From a virus (taxonomy: Duplodnaviria > Caudoviricetes): 57,244 nt of DNA. Made by a program: the position numbers and the translations under genes. The notes below the pieces were generated by a model. That model did not search any database. It had not been told where the DNA came from and saw only the letters and a list, made by a program, of their open reading frames with translations. The stretch is taken from IMG/VR virus record IMGVR_UViG_3300044838_000003, positions 1-57,244 of that record; one strand, written 5' to 3'. Within the stretch, counting starts at the first letter, position 1, and each line of letters starts with the position of its first letter. Of the stretch, positions 8,787-18,646 are shown in pieces.

Positions 8787-9626
8787 ATGAGCACAAAACT
8801 GATGGCAGCCGATTTGGTGGACCGCAGCGGGTGGTTCAACACGCCGCCGCTGGATGTGTCGGAGTGGTGGAACGTGTCCCAGCCGAACTACACCATCACC
8901 ATCGGTGGCAGCCCGGTCAAGGCCGATGGGCCTACCGGGGGTACGACGGCAGCTCCCGTTGCAACGGGAGGGACGTACAGCACCAGCAAGCTGGACCACG
9001 ATACGGGCGATACGATCCTCCGGACGTGGAACTACGACCAGACGTTGACGGAGCAGCCGATCAGCGAAGAGCGCAAGCCGATGGTCCAGATGGACACCGT
9101 GCGGCCGAGCACCAGCAAGTACCAGATGCCCGGAGCTAGGGTGATGAACTTCACCGAGACCTACATGGAAGAGGGTCACGACCATGGTCTGCTGCTGTCC
9201 TCCTGGAAGGACCTGGTAGGCAAGACGAAGGTGGACACGTTGGTGGGCACCGGAGTCTCCGGAACGATCGCGGTCGTGAACCTCGCCCGCGACCTAGGTA
9301 TCCACTACCTGATCATCCGCAAGCCAGGGGTGAATACCCACAGCTCGTGGCCTGCGGAGGGACACCTAGGCAAGAACTGGGCGTTCGTTGACGACCTCGT
9401 GTCGTCGGGCGCCACGATCCAGCGGGTGTGGGATGCTATGAACAGCATCCAAGAGAGCGGGTTCAGCACACAATTCAAAGGCGTGTTCCTCTACGCCAAC
9501 GGGAACCCGCGTTGGGTCGCACCGGGTAAGGGCCGGTACGACAAGAGTAGGTTGCACGAGTGGCTGGCAGGAGCCGAGTCATACAAGTCAGAGTTCGGCC
9601 GAGGTAGAGGAGAATCAGCATGGTGA
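8787..9626 (+). CDS. Type I phosphoribosyltransferase with a long N-terminal extension
   Basis: PRPP-binding motif FVDDLVSSGAT; VGTGVSG; IIRK. Confidence 0.85.
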   Translation: MSTKLMAADLVDRSGWFNTPPLDVSEWWNVSQPNYTITIGGSPVKADGPTGGTTAAPVATGGTYSTSKLDHDTGDTILRTWNYDQTLTEQPISEERKPMVQMDTVRPSTSKYQMPGARVMNFTETYMEEGHDHGLLLSSWKDLVGKTKVDTLVGTGVSGTIAVVNLARDLGIHYLIIRKPGVNTHSSWPAEGHLGKNWAFVDDLVSSGATIQRVWDAMNSIQESGFSTQFKGVFLYANGNPRWVAPGKGRYDKSRLHEWLAGAESYKSEFGRGRGESAW

Positions 9627-9850
9627 AACCAGTAGCGAAGGTCAACCCGATTCGGGCCCAGATCTTGGGAAGCCTGATCGAGGGCACCAAAACCACCCGC
9701 ACCCAGCACACGCTGGTGCGGAACACCGAGACCGGGAAGATCGACGTGGCCGAGGTATCGGTCCCCGCGGGCTTCGCTCTCCGCTACCCGCTCGCCCAGA
9801 ACATGAGCGAGCACAACGTCAACGTGCTGGCCGGCAAGTGGATCGCGTAG
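9620..9850 (+). CDS. Hypothetical protein
   Basis: GAGGAG RBS; good codon bias. Confidence 0.7.
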   Translation: MVKPVAKVNPIRAQILGSLIEGTKTTRTQHTLVRNTETGKIDVAEVSVPAGFALRYPLAQNMSEHNVNVLAGKWIA

Positions 9851-9991
9851 CGCAGCGGTGGGCTGAGTTCACCGAGTGGCTGCTGTGGTACACGATCGGC
9901 AGGCACCTACCGTGATGGTCAACGTGTGGTGGGTCGTCGGGATGGGCTGGTGGGGATTCCTCTGGGGATACCTGCTCGGGAAGCCCTGGAC

Positions 9992-10468
9992 ATGACCAGA
10001 TCACTAACCCAGCGGGGATGCATCGACTGTGCCTCGGAGGGGTTGCCGCTGACCCGCCCAGCGACCCCTCCGGGGCCGCGGTGCGCCACGCACAAGCGGG
10101 CACGCCGTGGCTCTACCCGCGAGCAGGCTTGGGCCATCCGCATCCTCAAGAACTACGCTCTGACGGCACTGGAATACTGGGCCATCTACCGACACCAGGG
10201 AGGCCATTGTGCCATCTGCGAAAGAGCTACAGGACGGGTCAAAAAGCTGTCTGTGGACCACGACCACGGAACCTCTCTGGTCCGCGGTCTTCTCTGCACG
10301 TCCTGCAATAAGATGCTCGGTCATCTCCGAGACGATCCGGACGCGTTTGTCCGCGCTGCCAACTACCTACTCGATCCCCCAGCCCGTGCTATCGTGGGTC
10401 TGAGGATCGCACCAATCGACCAGCTCAAGAAGGAGAATCCAGATGCCAAGAGATCTTATAGTCGTTGA
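9992..10468 (+). CDS. Recombination endonuclease VII (His-Me finger)
   Basis: QGGHCAIC...LSVDHDH...VRGLLCTSCN. Confidence 0.92.
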   Translation: MTRSLTQRGCIDCASEGLPLTRPATPPGPRCATHKRARRGSTREQAWAIRILKNYALTALEYWAIYRHQGGHCAICERATGRVKKLSVDHDHGTSLVRGLLCTSCNKMLGHLRDDPDAFVRAANYLLDPPARAIVGLRIAPIDQLKKENPDAKRSYSR

Positions 10469-10955
10469 CTTCGAGACGACCGGACTTCACGACCGCGCGG
10501 TGATCGTGGAGGCGGCAGCCATCAACGTGGAGACCGGGACCGAGCTGTACTTCGTGCCCGAGTTCCTCGGTACCACGCCGTGGTCGGACATCGAACCGAT
10601 CGCTCTGAAGATCAACGGCTACTTCGAGCGTGAGCTGTGGAAAGAAGAGCTGAGCGGCAACGAGACCCGGAAGCAGTACGCCAACTTGCTCCGGATGTTG
10701 GAGGGCAACACGTTCGCGGGGAGCAACCCGTCGTTCGACTCTAAGCTGCTGCTGCGGTCCTACCGCCAGTCGTGGCACCACCGCCTCGGGGACCTCGCGG
10801 CCTACGCCGCGGGGAAGCTGGACCTCGACCCCACAGACCTGCCTGGGCTGGACGAGGTTGGTCGTCGGCTGGAGATCGACATCACAGGACGCCACGGCGC
10901 CCTGGACGACGCTCGTGCGACGGCCAAGGCGTTCCAGATCTTGCGGACCATGTGA
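10443..10955 (+). CDS. DnaQ-like 3'-5' exonuclease (DEDDh)
   Basis: VVDFETTG, NPSFD, HGALDDA. Confidence 0.9.
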   Translation: MPRDLIVVDFETTGLHDRAVIVEAAAINVETGTELYFVPEFLGTTPWSDIEPIALKINGYFERELWKEELSGNETRKQYANLLRMLEGNTFAGSNPSFDSKLLLRSYRQSWHHRLGDLAAYAAGKLDLDPTDLPGLDEVGRRLEIDITGRHGALDDARATAKAFQILRTM

Positions 10956-11143
10956 TGGCTGCTGGCAGGGTGCTGGACTACGAACGCCGCTGGTATGCGA
11001 CGGGCACGATGTCGGTGCTCGACGTGGACGACAGGCACCCCGAAGAGAACATCGAGGAGCGCATCCATCAGGCGCTCCGCGGTGCGGGGATCACGTTCAA
11101 CGAGCTAATCGTGGTCGAGCAGTTCCCACCGGACCCGCGGTGA
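10955..11143 (+). CDS. Hypothetical protein
   Basis: TGATG overlaps at both ends. Confidence 0.55.
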   Translation: MAAGRVLDYERRWYATGTMSVLDVDDRHPEENIEERIHQALRGAGITFNELIVVEQFPPDPR

Positions 11144-11550
11144 TGCCCCCGCCCGAGACGTTCTCGATCGTTCGGGCGATCCAGCACTACCACCCTGAGT
11201 TCGAGCCACCGGAGGTGGCTCCGGGTTGGATCAAGGTCCAGTGCCCATTCCACGACGACAACCGAGCGTCGGCGGGAATCAACTACGAGATGGACGCGTT
11301 CTCATGTCTAGGATGCGGTGTCTCGGGGAACTACTACACCTTGATCGCAGGTCAGGAGGATAGCTATGCAGCGACTCAGCGAGTCACAGAGGGAGTGGTT
11401 AAGGTCAGCGACCGTCCGGTACCACCAAGCCCTCCCGAACAGTCCGGGAGAAGAGTATTTGGCGACCCGAGGCGTGCTCGGGGTGAGCGTCCGCGAGCAG
11501 ACGGACCAGTTTCGTCTGGGATACGTGGCCGAACCACTCCCTGGACATGA
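11143..11550 (+). CDS. DNA primase, zinc-binding (CHC2) part
   Basis: CPFHDD...CLGC; overlaps the TOPRIM ORF as in L5-type split primases. Confidence 0.85.
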   Translation: MPPPETFSIVRAIQHYHPEFEPPEVAPGWIKVQCPFHDDNRASAGINYEMDAFSCLGCGVSGNYYTLIAGQEDSYAATQRVTEGVVKVSDRPVPPSPPEQSGRRVFGDPRRARGERPRADGPVSSGIRGRTTPWT

Positions 11551-12016
11551 GGGGTATCGAGGGATGCTCGCACTGCCGTATATTCGCTACTCCCAGGAGT
11601 ACGGATGGGGAGTCGTCAGCATCCGGTTCCGCAAGCTGCACGCAGACGCCGACAACAAGTACCTCACCGTCGCGGGAGACAAGCCGCGTCTGTACAACAC
11701 CCAAGCTCTGCTTCGCAGGTCTGCCACGATAGCCATCACCGAGGGGGAGATAGATGCCATCACAGCCGAGCTGTGCGGTGTGCCCGCTGTGGGGGTGCCC
11801 GGAGCCACGATGTGGAAGCCCCATCACGTCGAGCCCTTCTTGGGCTACCGCGAGGTATTCATCCTTTCGGACGGCGATGACGCGGGTCGGGACTTTTCTG
11901 CGAAGGTAGCGCGTTCTCTACCTAATGGGAAGGTCATCCCCTCACCCGAGGGCGAAGATGTAAACAGCATGGTGCTTCGGGAAGGACCCGCCGCCCTGCT
12001 ACGCAGGTTAAGTTAG
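11366..12016 (+). CDS. DNA primase, TOPRIM catalytic part
   Basis: YLATRG, ITEGEIDA, DGDDAG, EDVN; AGGAGG RBS. Confidence 0.92.
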   Translation: MQRLSESQREWLRSATVRYHQALPNSPGEEYLATRGVLGVSVREQTDQFRLGYVAEPLPGHEGYRGMLALPYIRYSQEYGWGVVSIRFRKLHADADNKYLTVAGDKPRLYNTQALLRRSATIAITEGEIDAITAELCGVPAVGVPGATMWKPHHVEPFLGYREVFILSDGDDAGRDFSAKVARSLPNGKVIPSPEGEDVNSMVLREGPAALLRRLS

Positions 12017-12069
12017 TGCAACTAAGTATGAGCGGGAACCCTCCCGTAGCGGAAGAGAGGATTTGCAAC

Positions 12070-12468
12070 ATGAGCGTAGAACGTGAACACCGGGTCGTCC
12101 GAGAGGTCCGACGCCTCGTGGCGGCGTACCCCGACTTCAAGTACGAGATCCCGACGACCGTCACCGAGGACGGTCAGTCTTTCCAGGGCGACTCCTGCCT
12201 ATACGTCTTCGACGGCAAGGGCTCCTGCGGCGTCGGTCAGGCCCTGGTCAACACCGGGGACCTGAACCCCGCCAAGCCGTTCGGTAAGGCAGGCGAGCGC
12301 ATCGAGAACACCGGAGCCGGTGTCGTCGTCCAGCTCCTCGGCCTCCGCATCCCCAAGAGCCAGAAGGTCTGGCTGGAACGGTTCCAGGAGCTGCAGGACG
12401 ACGGTAAGCAGTGGTCCGAGGCAGCGGCAGACGCCGACATCTACGTCTACGGAGAGGTACAAGCATGA
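12070..12468 (+). CDS. Hypothetical protein
   Basis: GAGG RBS; CLYV...CGVGQAL...QELQDDGKQW. Confidence 0.7.
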   Translation: MSVEREHRVVREVRRLVAAYPDFKYEIPTTVTEDGQSFQGDSCLYVFDGKGSCGVGQALVNTGDLNPAKPFGKAGERIENTGAGVVVQLLGLRIPKSQKVWLERFQELQDDGKQWSEAAADADIYVYGEVQA

Positions 12469-13133
12469 CCAACACACTCGAAGAGGCACAGGACATCATC
12501 TTCGGTGCCCGCAACGCGTCCTACGGTCACCCGCGGGACAACTTCCAGAACATCGCCGACCTCTGGTCGGCCTACCTGGGAGTGCCGATCACCCCGATGG
12601 ACCACGCCAACATGATGGTCCTGCTCAAGGTGGCCCGCCTCAAGTCAGGCGTCTACCACCGCGACTCGGTGGTGGACATCGCTGGCTATGCGGGCACCAT
12701 CGAGCGCCTTCAAGAGACCCCCACAGACGCGGTGAGCTACTCGGCCACCGACATCGTGCCCGACACCGGCGCCTACGTCGTGGACGGTCGGACCTACTAC
12801 GCCCGCTGGGAAGATGTCCCGGTGGACCAGCCCGTCAACAGCTCGGACGAGAGCGACAACATATCACCGTGGTACGGCGACGGCACGCTCGGCGACTTAG
12901 GCGAGCCGCCGTGGCGTGACTGGATACACCCGGATGTGGGGCCCATTGTCTGGTACCACCTCCGCGACCTGCCCAGCGGCACGGTCGTCACCGACAAGGA
13001 CGGCGAAAAGTGGAAGAGGTTCTCCCGCGGTGTCAAGCTGTACGACCAGTACGCCGAGCGTTGGGGCGATATGCTATCGCTTCGGTCGGCCGACAGCCAC
13101 GACATGTTCGGCCCGTTCGAGGAGATCAAATGA
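12465..13133 (+). CDS. DUF6378-like (nucleotide-metabolism-associated) domain plus a C-terminal accessory module
   Basis: R-x-x-SYG-x-P-x-DNF-x-x-IA-x-LW...LKVAR...HRDSVVDIAGY. Confidence 0.7.
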   Translation: MTNTLEEAQDIIFGARNASYGHPRDNFQNIADLWSAYLGVPITPMDHANMMVLLKVARLKSGVYHRDSVVDIAGYAGTIERLQETPTDAVSYSATDIVPDTGAYVVDGRTYYARWEDVPVDQPVNSSDESDNISPWYGDGTLGDLGEPPWRDWIHPDVGPIVWYHLRDLPSGTVVTDKDGEKWKRFSRGVKLYDQYAERWGDMLSLRSADSHDMFGPFEEIK

Positions 13134-13209
13134 CGGTCACCTGGTGGGAATGGTTATTGATAGCCATCGTTATAGCGGGAGCTATTTTCATGGGACAGGA
13201 AGGCTAGCA

Positions 13210-13977
13210 ATGACCGTGACCGTAGTCATCTCGGACACCCAGATGCCCTACGAGAATCGGTCAGCCCTAGCGGGGCTGATCCGGTTCATCGGGGACTACC
13301 AGCCCGACGAGGTTATCCACATCGGAGACCTCATGGACTACCCGACACCCAGTCGGTGGTCCAAGGGCTCGGCTGAGGAGTTCGCCCAGATGATGGTTCG
13401 CCACAACGAATACGCAAAGAGCCGTCTGCTTGGCCCGCTGCGGGACGTTTATGACGGACCCATCAAAGTACATGAGGGGAACCATGATCTCCGTCCACGG
13501 CACTACCTGGCCTCGTATGCACCCGCGCTGGCTGAGTACGCGGATGACTTCCACATCAAGTCGCTCCTCGACTTCGAGGGATTCGGCGTGGAACTACTAC
13601 CTGACTTCAACGAAGTTGCGCCAGGCTGGCTTACTACCCACGGCCATGTGGGAAAGATCTCGCTCAGCCGCAATGCAGGAAGCACAGCGAGCAACGGGGC
13701 GCTGAAGTTCGGGAAGAGTGTGGTCATGGGCCACACCCACCGGATGGGTATCGTCCCGGTCACCAAGGGCTACGCTGGCCGAGAGTCCCAGATCCTCTGG
13801 GGCGTCGAGGTCGGTCACCTGATGGACCAGAAGAAAGCACAGTATCTCGCGGGGGCTACCGGTAACTGGCAGACCGGGTTCGCCATCCTGAACACCCACG
13901 AGACACACACCAAGCCCGAGCTGGTGCCGATCAACAAAGGGAGGTTCATCGCTGATGGATTCGCTTGGGAACTCTAA
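13210..13977 (+). CDS. Metallophosphoesterase (calcineurin-like)
   Basis: ISDTQ, IGDLMD, GNHD, HGH, GHTH motifs. Confidence 0.9.
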   Translation: MTVTVVISDTQMPYENRSALAGLIRFIGDYQPDEVIHIGDLMDYPTPSRWSKGSAEEFAQMMVRHNEYAKSRLLGPLRDVYDGPIKVHEGNHDLRPRHYLASYAPALAEYADDFHIKSLLDFEGFGVELLPDFNEVAPGWLTTHGHVGKISLSRNAGSTASNGALKFGKSVVMGHTHRMGIVPVTKGYAGRESQILWGVEVGHLMDQKKAQYLAGATGNWQTGFAILNTHETHTKPELVPINKGRFIADGFAWEL

Positions 13978-14875
13978 GGAAGACCTCGGGGAGCACGTCG
14001 AGGCCGCTGCGCGGCGTGCTCTCCACGACTGGGGTCACCCGATCGAGGGCCTGGACGATCTGGTCCAGGACCTCTGGGTCTGGTACCTTGCCCGACCGAG
14101 CACCCAGGAAATGGTGAACCGCCCGAATAACAACCAGACCTTCATCCGGAATCTGTTCTACCGTGCTGCTGGCCAGACCTTGGCCGGTCAGGTGCTGGAT
14201 GCGGACGTGTTCAAGGGCAACGACCTATACTCCGCGGACGCAGTGAAGGACTGGCTGGCCGGTGCATCCACCAACAAGTACCTCGGGAAGCTGATCCAGA
14301 AAGCCCTCACTAAACTGAGTGATCAGAACGCCGAGCATCGCTCAGCCATCCGAGACCGATACGAGGAGGGTGACCCTCGGTACCTGGTACCGGGTGCCCC
14401 CGCGATGCTGCTGTCCAGGGCCGTCAAGTCCCTCACTGGGCACGTCAATGCGCTCGCTATCGAGGACAAGCAGGGAGATACGGTGCGGCCGAGCCGAGGG
14501 GTCTCGGCCGGAAGTCGCCGCGGAGGCGGCGGTTACTCCGACCCCACCGCCGACATGGCACTCGGCCTGATCCGCGCTGGTGACGCACCTATCGAGACAG
14601 CCTCGGGGGAGGTGACAACGATGCGCAAGGAATTTGAAGACGCAGACAACATCATGGCCTCCCGCTACGACAGCCCAACCCCGCCCTGGTCTGGAATAGA
14701 TCTGTTTGAGGGGGAGTTGAACGATCGGACGGACATGTACAGGGCTCAGGTCTTCCCTGAGCTGTACCCCGACGAGAAGCCGATGATGGTTGGCAACTGG
14801 TCACGAGAAGACCAGGAAGCTTACTGCGGTGGTGAGTACACAGCAGGATACCGACGACTGAAGGTGGTAAGGTGA
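13955..14875 (+). CDS. Sigma-factor-like DNA-binding protein
   Basis: [12 protein letters not shown] resembles sigma region 2; syntenic position upstream of NrdJ in cluster A. Confidence 0.6.
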   Translation: MDSLGNSKEDLGEHVEAAARRALHDWGHPIEGLDDLVQDLWVWYLARPSTQEMVNRPNNNQTFIRNLFYRAAGQTLAGQVLDADVFKGNDLYSADAVKDWLAGASTNKYLGKLIQKALTKLSDQNAEHRSAIRDRYEEGDPRYLVPGAPAMLLSRAVKSLTGHVNALAIEDKQGDTVRPSRGVSAGSRRGGGGYSDPTADMALGLIRAGDAPIETASGEVTTMRKEFEDADNIMASRYDSPTPPWSGIDLFEGELNDRTDMYRAQVFPELYPDEKPMMVGNWSREDQEAYCGGEYTAGYRRLKVVR

Positions 14876-16956
14876 GCTACGATGAGCCAATCAACTGGGG
14901 CCCAACTGGAAAGCTGGTATATGAGAGGACGTATAGCAGGACGAAACCGGACGGCACCAAAGAAACCTGGCCTGAGACTGTCAGCCGAGTTGTGGATGGC
15001 AACCTTGCGCTGGTACCTGAGCGGTACCAAGACGAGGGGGAGCGAGAAGCCCTCGTCCGACTGATGACGGAGTTCAAGATCCTGCCAGCGGGTAGGCATC
15101 TGTGGGCGTCGGGCGTCAAGAACGCCCAACACCTGTTCAACTGCTGGGTCTCGGGGTGGACCGACAACCCGTCCGACCACTTCGAGTTCACGTTCATGCG
15201 ACTAATGGAAGGAGGGGGTGTCGGTGCAAATTACTCTAACCGTCTCATCCCGGACTATGGCCCGGTTCAACAGGATCTCCTGGTGGAGATCGTCTGCGAC
15301 GAGGAGCATCCAGACTACGAGCGTCTCCGGGACGCGGGTGTCCTCAGTAACGGATACGATCCGGATTGGTCCGGTGCTTTTGTCATTGAGGATAGTCGGG
15401 AAGGATGGGCTTCGGCCCTTGTGGACCTCGTTGACACCCACTACCGGGAAGAGGTAGAGCATGTACGCCGAGTTTATGACGTGTCTCGTGTGCGGGAGGC
15501 CGGTCGCAAGCTCCGTACGTTTGGCGGCAGAGCATCCGGTCCTCTTCCACTCGCCAGGATGCTCCTTGAGGTCAACGACATCCTCTCCGACATCGCCTAC
15601 GGATTAGGCAACCCATCTCTCGCAGGTAAATCGGGCAAGCTGACCGGGATGGACGCGATGGCTATCGACCACGCTATCGCTCAGTGCGTGGTGGCCGGCG
15701 GTGTCCGCAGGTCGGCGCGTATGTCGATGATGCACTGGCTGGACCCTCAGATCCGGGACTTCATCAGCTCCAAGTCCAGCGGGATCAACCACTGGACGAC
15801 GAACATCTCGGTGGAAGTTGACCAGGAGTTCTGGGATTCACTGGCAGGCCAGGGCGATACTAACGCCCAGGGCTGGGCAGAGAACGTGTTCAAGCGGATG
15901 ACCGAGGGGATGGTGCAGAATGGTGAACCAGGATTCTGGGACAGCAGTCTTTCAAACGAAGGTGGAAAGGGTGAGCCTAACCGGGTCGACTGCACTAACC
16001 CTTGTGGCGAGATCACCCTGGAATCGTGGGAGCCATGTAACCTTGGTCATGTCAATCTGGCGGCGTTTGTCCGGGATAACGGTAAAGTTGACACGCTGGG
16101 ACTCATCGTCGCTCACCGGCTGGTCACACGTTTTCTTGTACGAGCCACCTTTTCGGATGTCTCGGATGCAAAGAGTCGTGAAGTACTAGACCGGAACCGA
16201 CGCATCGGTGTCGGACACCTCGGAGTAGCGTCGTTCCTGTCCTTAACGGGTACTAAGTTCTCAGAGGCACCACGGTCCCAGCGGTTCCAGAACTTGTTGA
16301 CGGAGCTGGCCGAGGTTGTGGAGCGTGCGAGCGAGGAGTTCTCTCGCGAGCTGCGTATTCCGGCACCGGTAAAGACCCGGACTGTCGCCCCCACCGGGAC
16401 GATTGCCAAGATGCCGGGAGTCAGCGAGGGTATCCACCCAATCTTCTCGCGGTACTTCTTACGTCGGATCAGGTTCAGCAAGGTGGACCCCGCCCAGCTA
16501 GCCCAGCTCGACGGCCTAGAGGCCCAGGGCTACGACGTACAGGATGACCTGTACGCCGCTAACACCGCGGTGGTAACCATTCCTACCAAGGACAGCCTCT
16601 TAGAGGCTGTGGAGGCCATCTGGGGGGCAAAGCGGGCAGAGGAACTGGTCGAGGGGGCTAACGATCTTAGCTTGCACCAGCTCCTAGCGTTCCAAGAGCT
16701 GTACCAGTCTCACTGGGCAGACAACGCGGTGTCGTTCACCGCGAACATCGAGCAGGGGGTCGAGGCCCCGATGCTCGGAGAGATCGTCCAGCGTTTCGCT
16801 GGCCGGTTGAAGGGAGCTACGGTGTTCCCCGAGACCTCGATGGCTATGGCGCCTTATCAGGCGATCACCAGAGAGGTGTACGAAGCGTTCGAGGCGACCA
16901 GCGTCTCTGACGGGCTCGATGAAGAGTGCAAGCAAGGCGCTTGCCCAATCCGATAG
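14872..16956 (+). CDS. nrdJ: Class II (B12-dependent) ribonucleotide reductase
   Basis: PAGRHLW, GGVRRSA, TNPCGEI, APTGT, C-terminal CKQGACP. Confidence 0.96.
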   Translation: MSYDEPINWGPTGKLVYERTYSRTKPDGTKETWPETVSRVVDGNLALVPERYQDEGEREALVRLMTEFKILPAGRHLWASGVKNAQHLFNCWVSGWTDNPSDHFEFTFMRLMEGGGVGANYSNRLIPDYGPVQQDLLVEIVCDEEHPDYERLRDAGVLSNGYDPDWSGAFVIEDSREGWASALVDLVDTHYREEVEHVRRVYDVSRVREAGRKLRTFGGRASGPLPLARMLLEVNDILSDIAYGLGNPSLAGKSGKLTGMDAMAIDHAIAQCVVAGGVRRSARMSMMHWLDPQIRDFISSKSSGINHWTTNISVEVDQEFWDSLAGQGDTNAQGWAENVFKRMTEGMVQNGEPGFWDSSLSNEGGKGEPNRVDCTNPCGEITLESWEPCNLGHVNLAAFVRDNGKVDTLGLIVAHRLVTRFLVRATFSDVSDAKSREVLDRNRRIGVGHLGVASFLSLTGTKFSEAPRSQRFQNLLTELAEVVERASEEFSRELRIPAPVKTRTVAPTGTIAKMPGVSEGIHPIFSRYFLRRIRFSKVDPAQLAQLDGLEAQGYDVQDDLYAANTAVVTIPTKDSLLEAVEAIWGAKRAEELVEGANDLSLHQLLAFQELYQSHWADNAVSFTANIEQGVEAPMLGEIVQRFAGRLKGATVFPETSMAMAPYQAITREVYEAFEATSVSDGLDEECKQGACPIR

Positions 16957-16965
16957 GGGATACAA

Positions 16966-17490
16966 ATGACGGCAGCAGTACCAGACCCATTCGGCGCGCA
17001 GGCAGCCCCAGTGGCACCAGCACCCGAGGAAGCACAACAGCAGACCCCGCCGAGCGATCCTTGGCAGTCCGCTCCCGCCCCGGCCGTAGCTCCCCCGCAC
17101 ACGATCGTGCAGGGTGCCGACGGCAAGGTCGTCCTCACCTTCAAGGGTGGCGGCGGCTTCGAGGCACCGTGGGTGGTTGTTCACGCGAACAACCTCGAAG
17201 AGGCCCTCAGCTACGTCACCGAGAACGGTGAGCGGCTGCTCGACCTGTTCAACCGCGTCCAGGCAGCGGCCACGCTGTTCCGTGGCGGCGCCCCGCTGTC
17301 GGCACCGTCCGCTCCGCGGGAGTCCGCTCCCGCTGCGGCTGTTGGACCGCCTCCGGGCAGCCCAGCGATGCCCGCAGGCTACACCTACGTCACCAAGGTG
17401 AAGAACGGTCGGCCGTGGCACGGCTACTTCCCGTCCGACGCCCAGAAGGCGGCTGGCGAGAAGGCCATCTTCTTCGACCCGCCCAAGTAA
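16966..17490 (+). CDS. Conserved cluster-A-like hypothetical protein (Pro/Ala-rich)
   Basis: DPW...VVLTFKGG...PWVVVHA...FFDPPK; synteny after NrdJ. Confidence 0.75.
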   Translation: MTAAVPDPFGAQAAPVAPAPEEAQQQTPPSDPWQSAPAPAVAPPHTIVQGADGKVVLTFKGGGGFEAPWVVVHANNLEEALSYVTENGERLLDLFNRVQAAATLFRGGAPLSAPSAPRESAPAAAVGPPPGSPAMPAGYTYVTKVKNGRPWHGYFPSDAQKAAGEKAIFFDPPK

Positions 17491-17611
17491 ACTCTGCGGG
17501 GCCGGGGTCCGGATGATAGTCCGGTGAAAGGTCCGTGTTGATTGTGACCGCCCCGCCCGCAGCCCAACCAAGAGAGCCCGCCGTAGCGACGGTGGACCGA
17601 GAGGAGCCGTC

Positions 17612-17878
17612 ATGGCCCAACACGTCACGATCGTCCTCGCCTCCGGTGGTGCTATGCACTACCACGGTGAGGTCATGTACGACCCGTCCGAGGGTATCTT
17701 GGTGGTCGATCTCTTGGAGACCGAAGCCATCGCCCACTTCCCAGTCAAAGAGGGCTTCGTCGTCTCGTGGATCACCAGCGAGATGGACGATGAGGAAGCC
17801 CACATACGTAAGGAGCTGGCCGAAGAGGCTCGCCGCAAGTACCGAGAGGAGAACCCAGATGGTGGACTTGATCATTAA
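17612..17878 (+). CDS. Hypothetical protein
   Basis: GAGGAG RBS. Confidence 0.65.
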   Translation: MAQHVTIVLASGGAMHYHGEVMYDPSEGILVVDLLETEAIAHFPVKEGFVVSWITSEMDDEEAHIRKELAEEARRKYREENPDGGLDH

Positions 17879-18362
17879 GAACGATGGGCCGTCGCCCATC
17901 TTCACCGCGCTGCTCACCGAGCTGTCGGTCGTGTTCCAAGAGCGGGATGATTTCCGCGACGAGGTGGAGCGCCTTACCTCCGAGCAGGGGGAGCTGGCAG
18001 GACTTCGCAACGAGGTCGGCGCCTACGCCAACCGCTTGCTGGACCAGGACAGCGAGATCGCCCGTCTTCAGGAGCAGTATGCTGAGACGGCAGAGGAGAC
18101 CTACCAGCGGGGAAAGCTGATCTCCAGGCTGCGGGAAGAGCTGGCCGCAGCCAAGCGCGTCTTCGGGGATGCGTTCGGCCACGGAGAGACTGGCCCGACC
18201 CGCAAGAACCGCCCGAAGCTGACGCCGGCACAGGCCGGCGGCATCCGCAGCATGGTTCGGAATGGTTCCGAGCGCAAGCACGTTGCATGGGTGTACGGAG
18301 TTCACCCCACCACCGTCACGAGGATCGTGAACGGGACCTACCACCGAGAGGTAAGCGCATGA
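17859..18362 (+). CDS. Coiled-coil plus HTH DNA-binding protein
   Basis: RKNRPKLT...VAWVYGVHPTTVTRIVNG C-terminal HTH. Confidence 0.8.
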   Translation: MVDLIIKNDGPSPIFTALLTELSVVFQERDDFRDEVERLTSEQGELAGLRNEVGAYANRLLDQDSEIARLQEQYAETAEETYQRGKLISRLREELAAAKRVFGDAFGHGETGPTRKNRPKLTPAQAGGIRSMVRNGSERKHVAWVYGVHPTTVTRIVNGTYHREVSA

Positions 18363-18646
18363 GCATCAAGGCACACGAGATCGAGACGATCACCAACGTG
18401 GTAGCTCCTACCATCGCGTCGCTGGCGCTGTCGGCCACCACCGCCAAGTACGAGTCCACCTCCGTCTTCACAGGCGCGGAGTTCGAGGCCGAGTTCCAGG
18501 AAGAGGTCGACCGGATCGCGGACGGCTTCAAGGATGCTCTGAACAACGTCGAGGGCGCCATCGAAGAGCCCGAGGTACCGGACTTCCTGCGGGCCCTCGG
18601 CCTGGGCGACGTGCTGGCCGATCTCGAATCCAACCCGTTCGGGTGA
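18359..18646 (+). CDS. Hypothetical protein
   Basis: ATGA overlap; GAGG RBS. Confidence 0.65.
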   Translation: MSIKAHEIETITNVVAPTIASLALSATTAKYESTSVFTGAEFEAEFQEEVDRIADGFKDALNNVEGAIEEPEVPDFLRALGLGDVLADLESNPFG

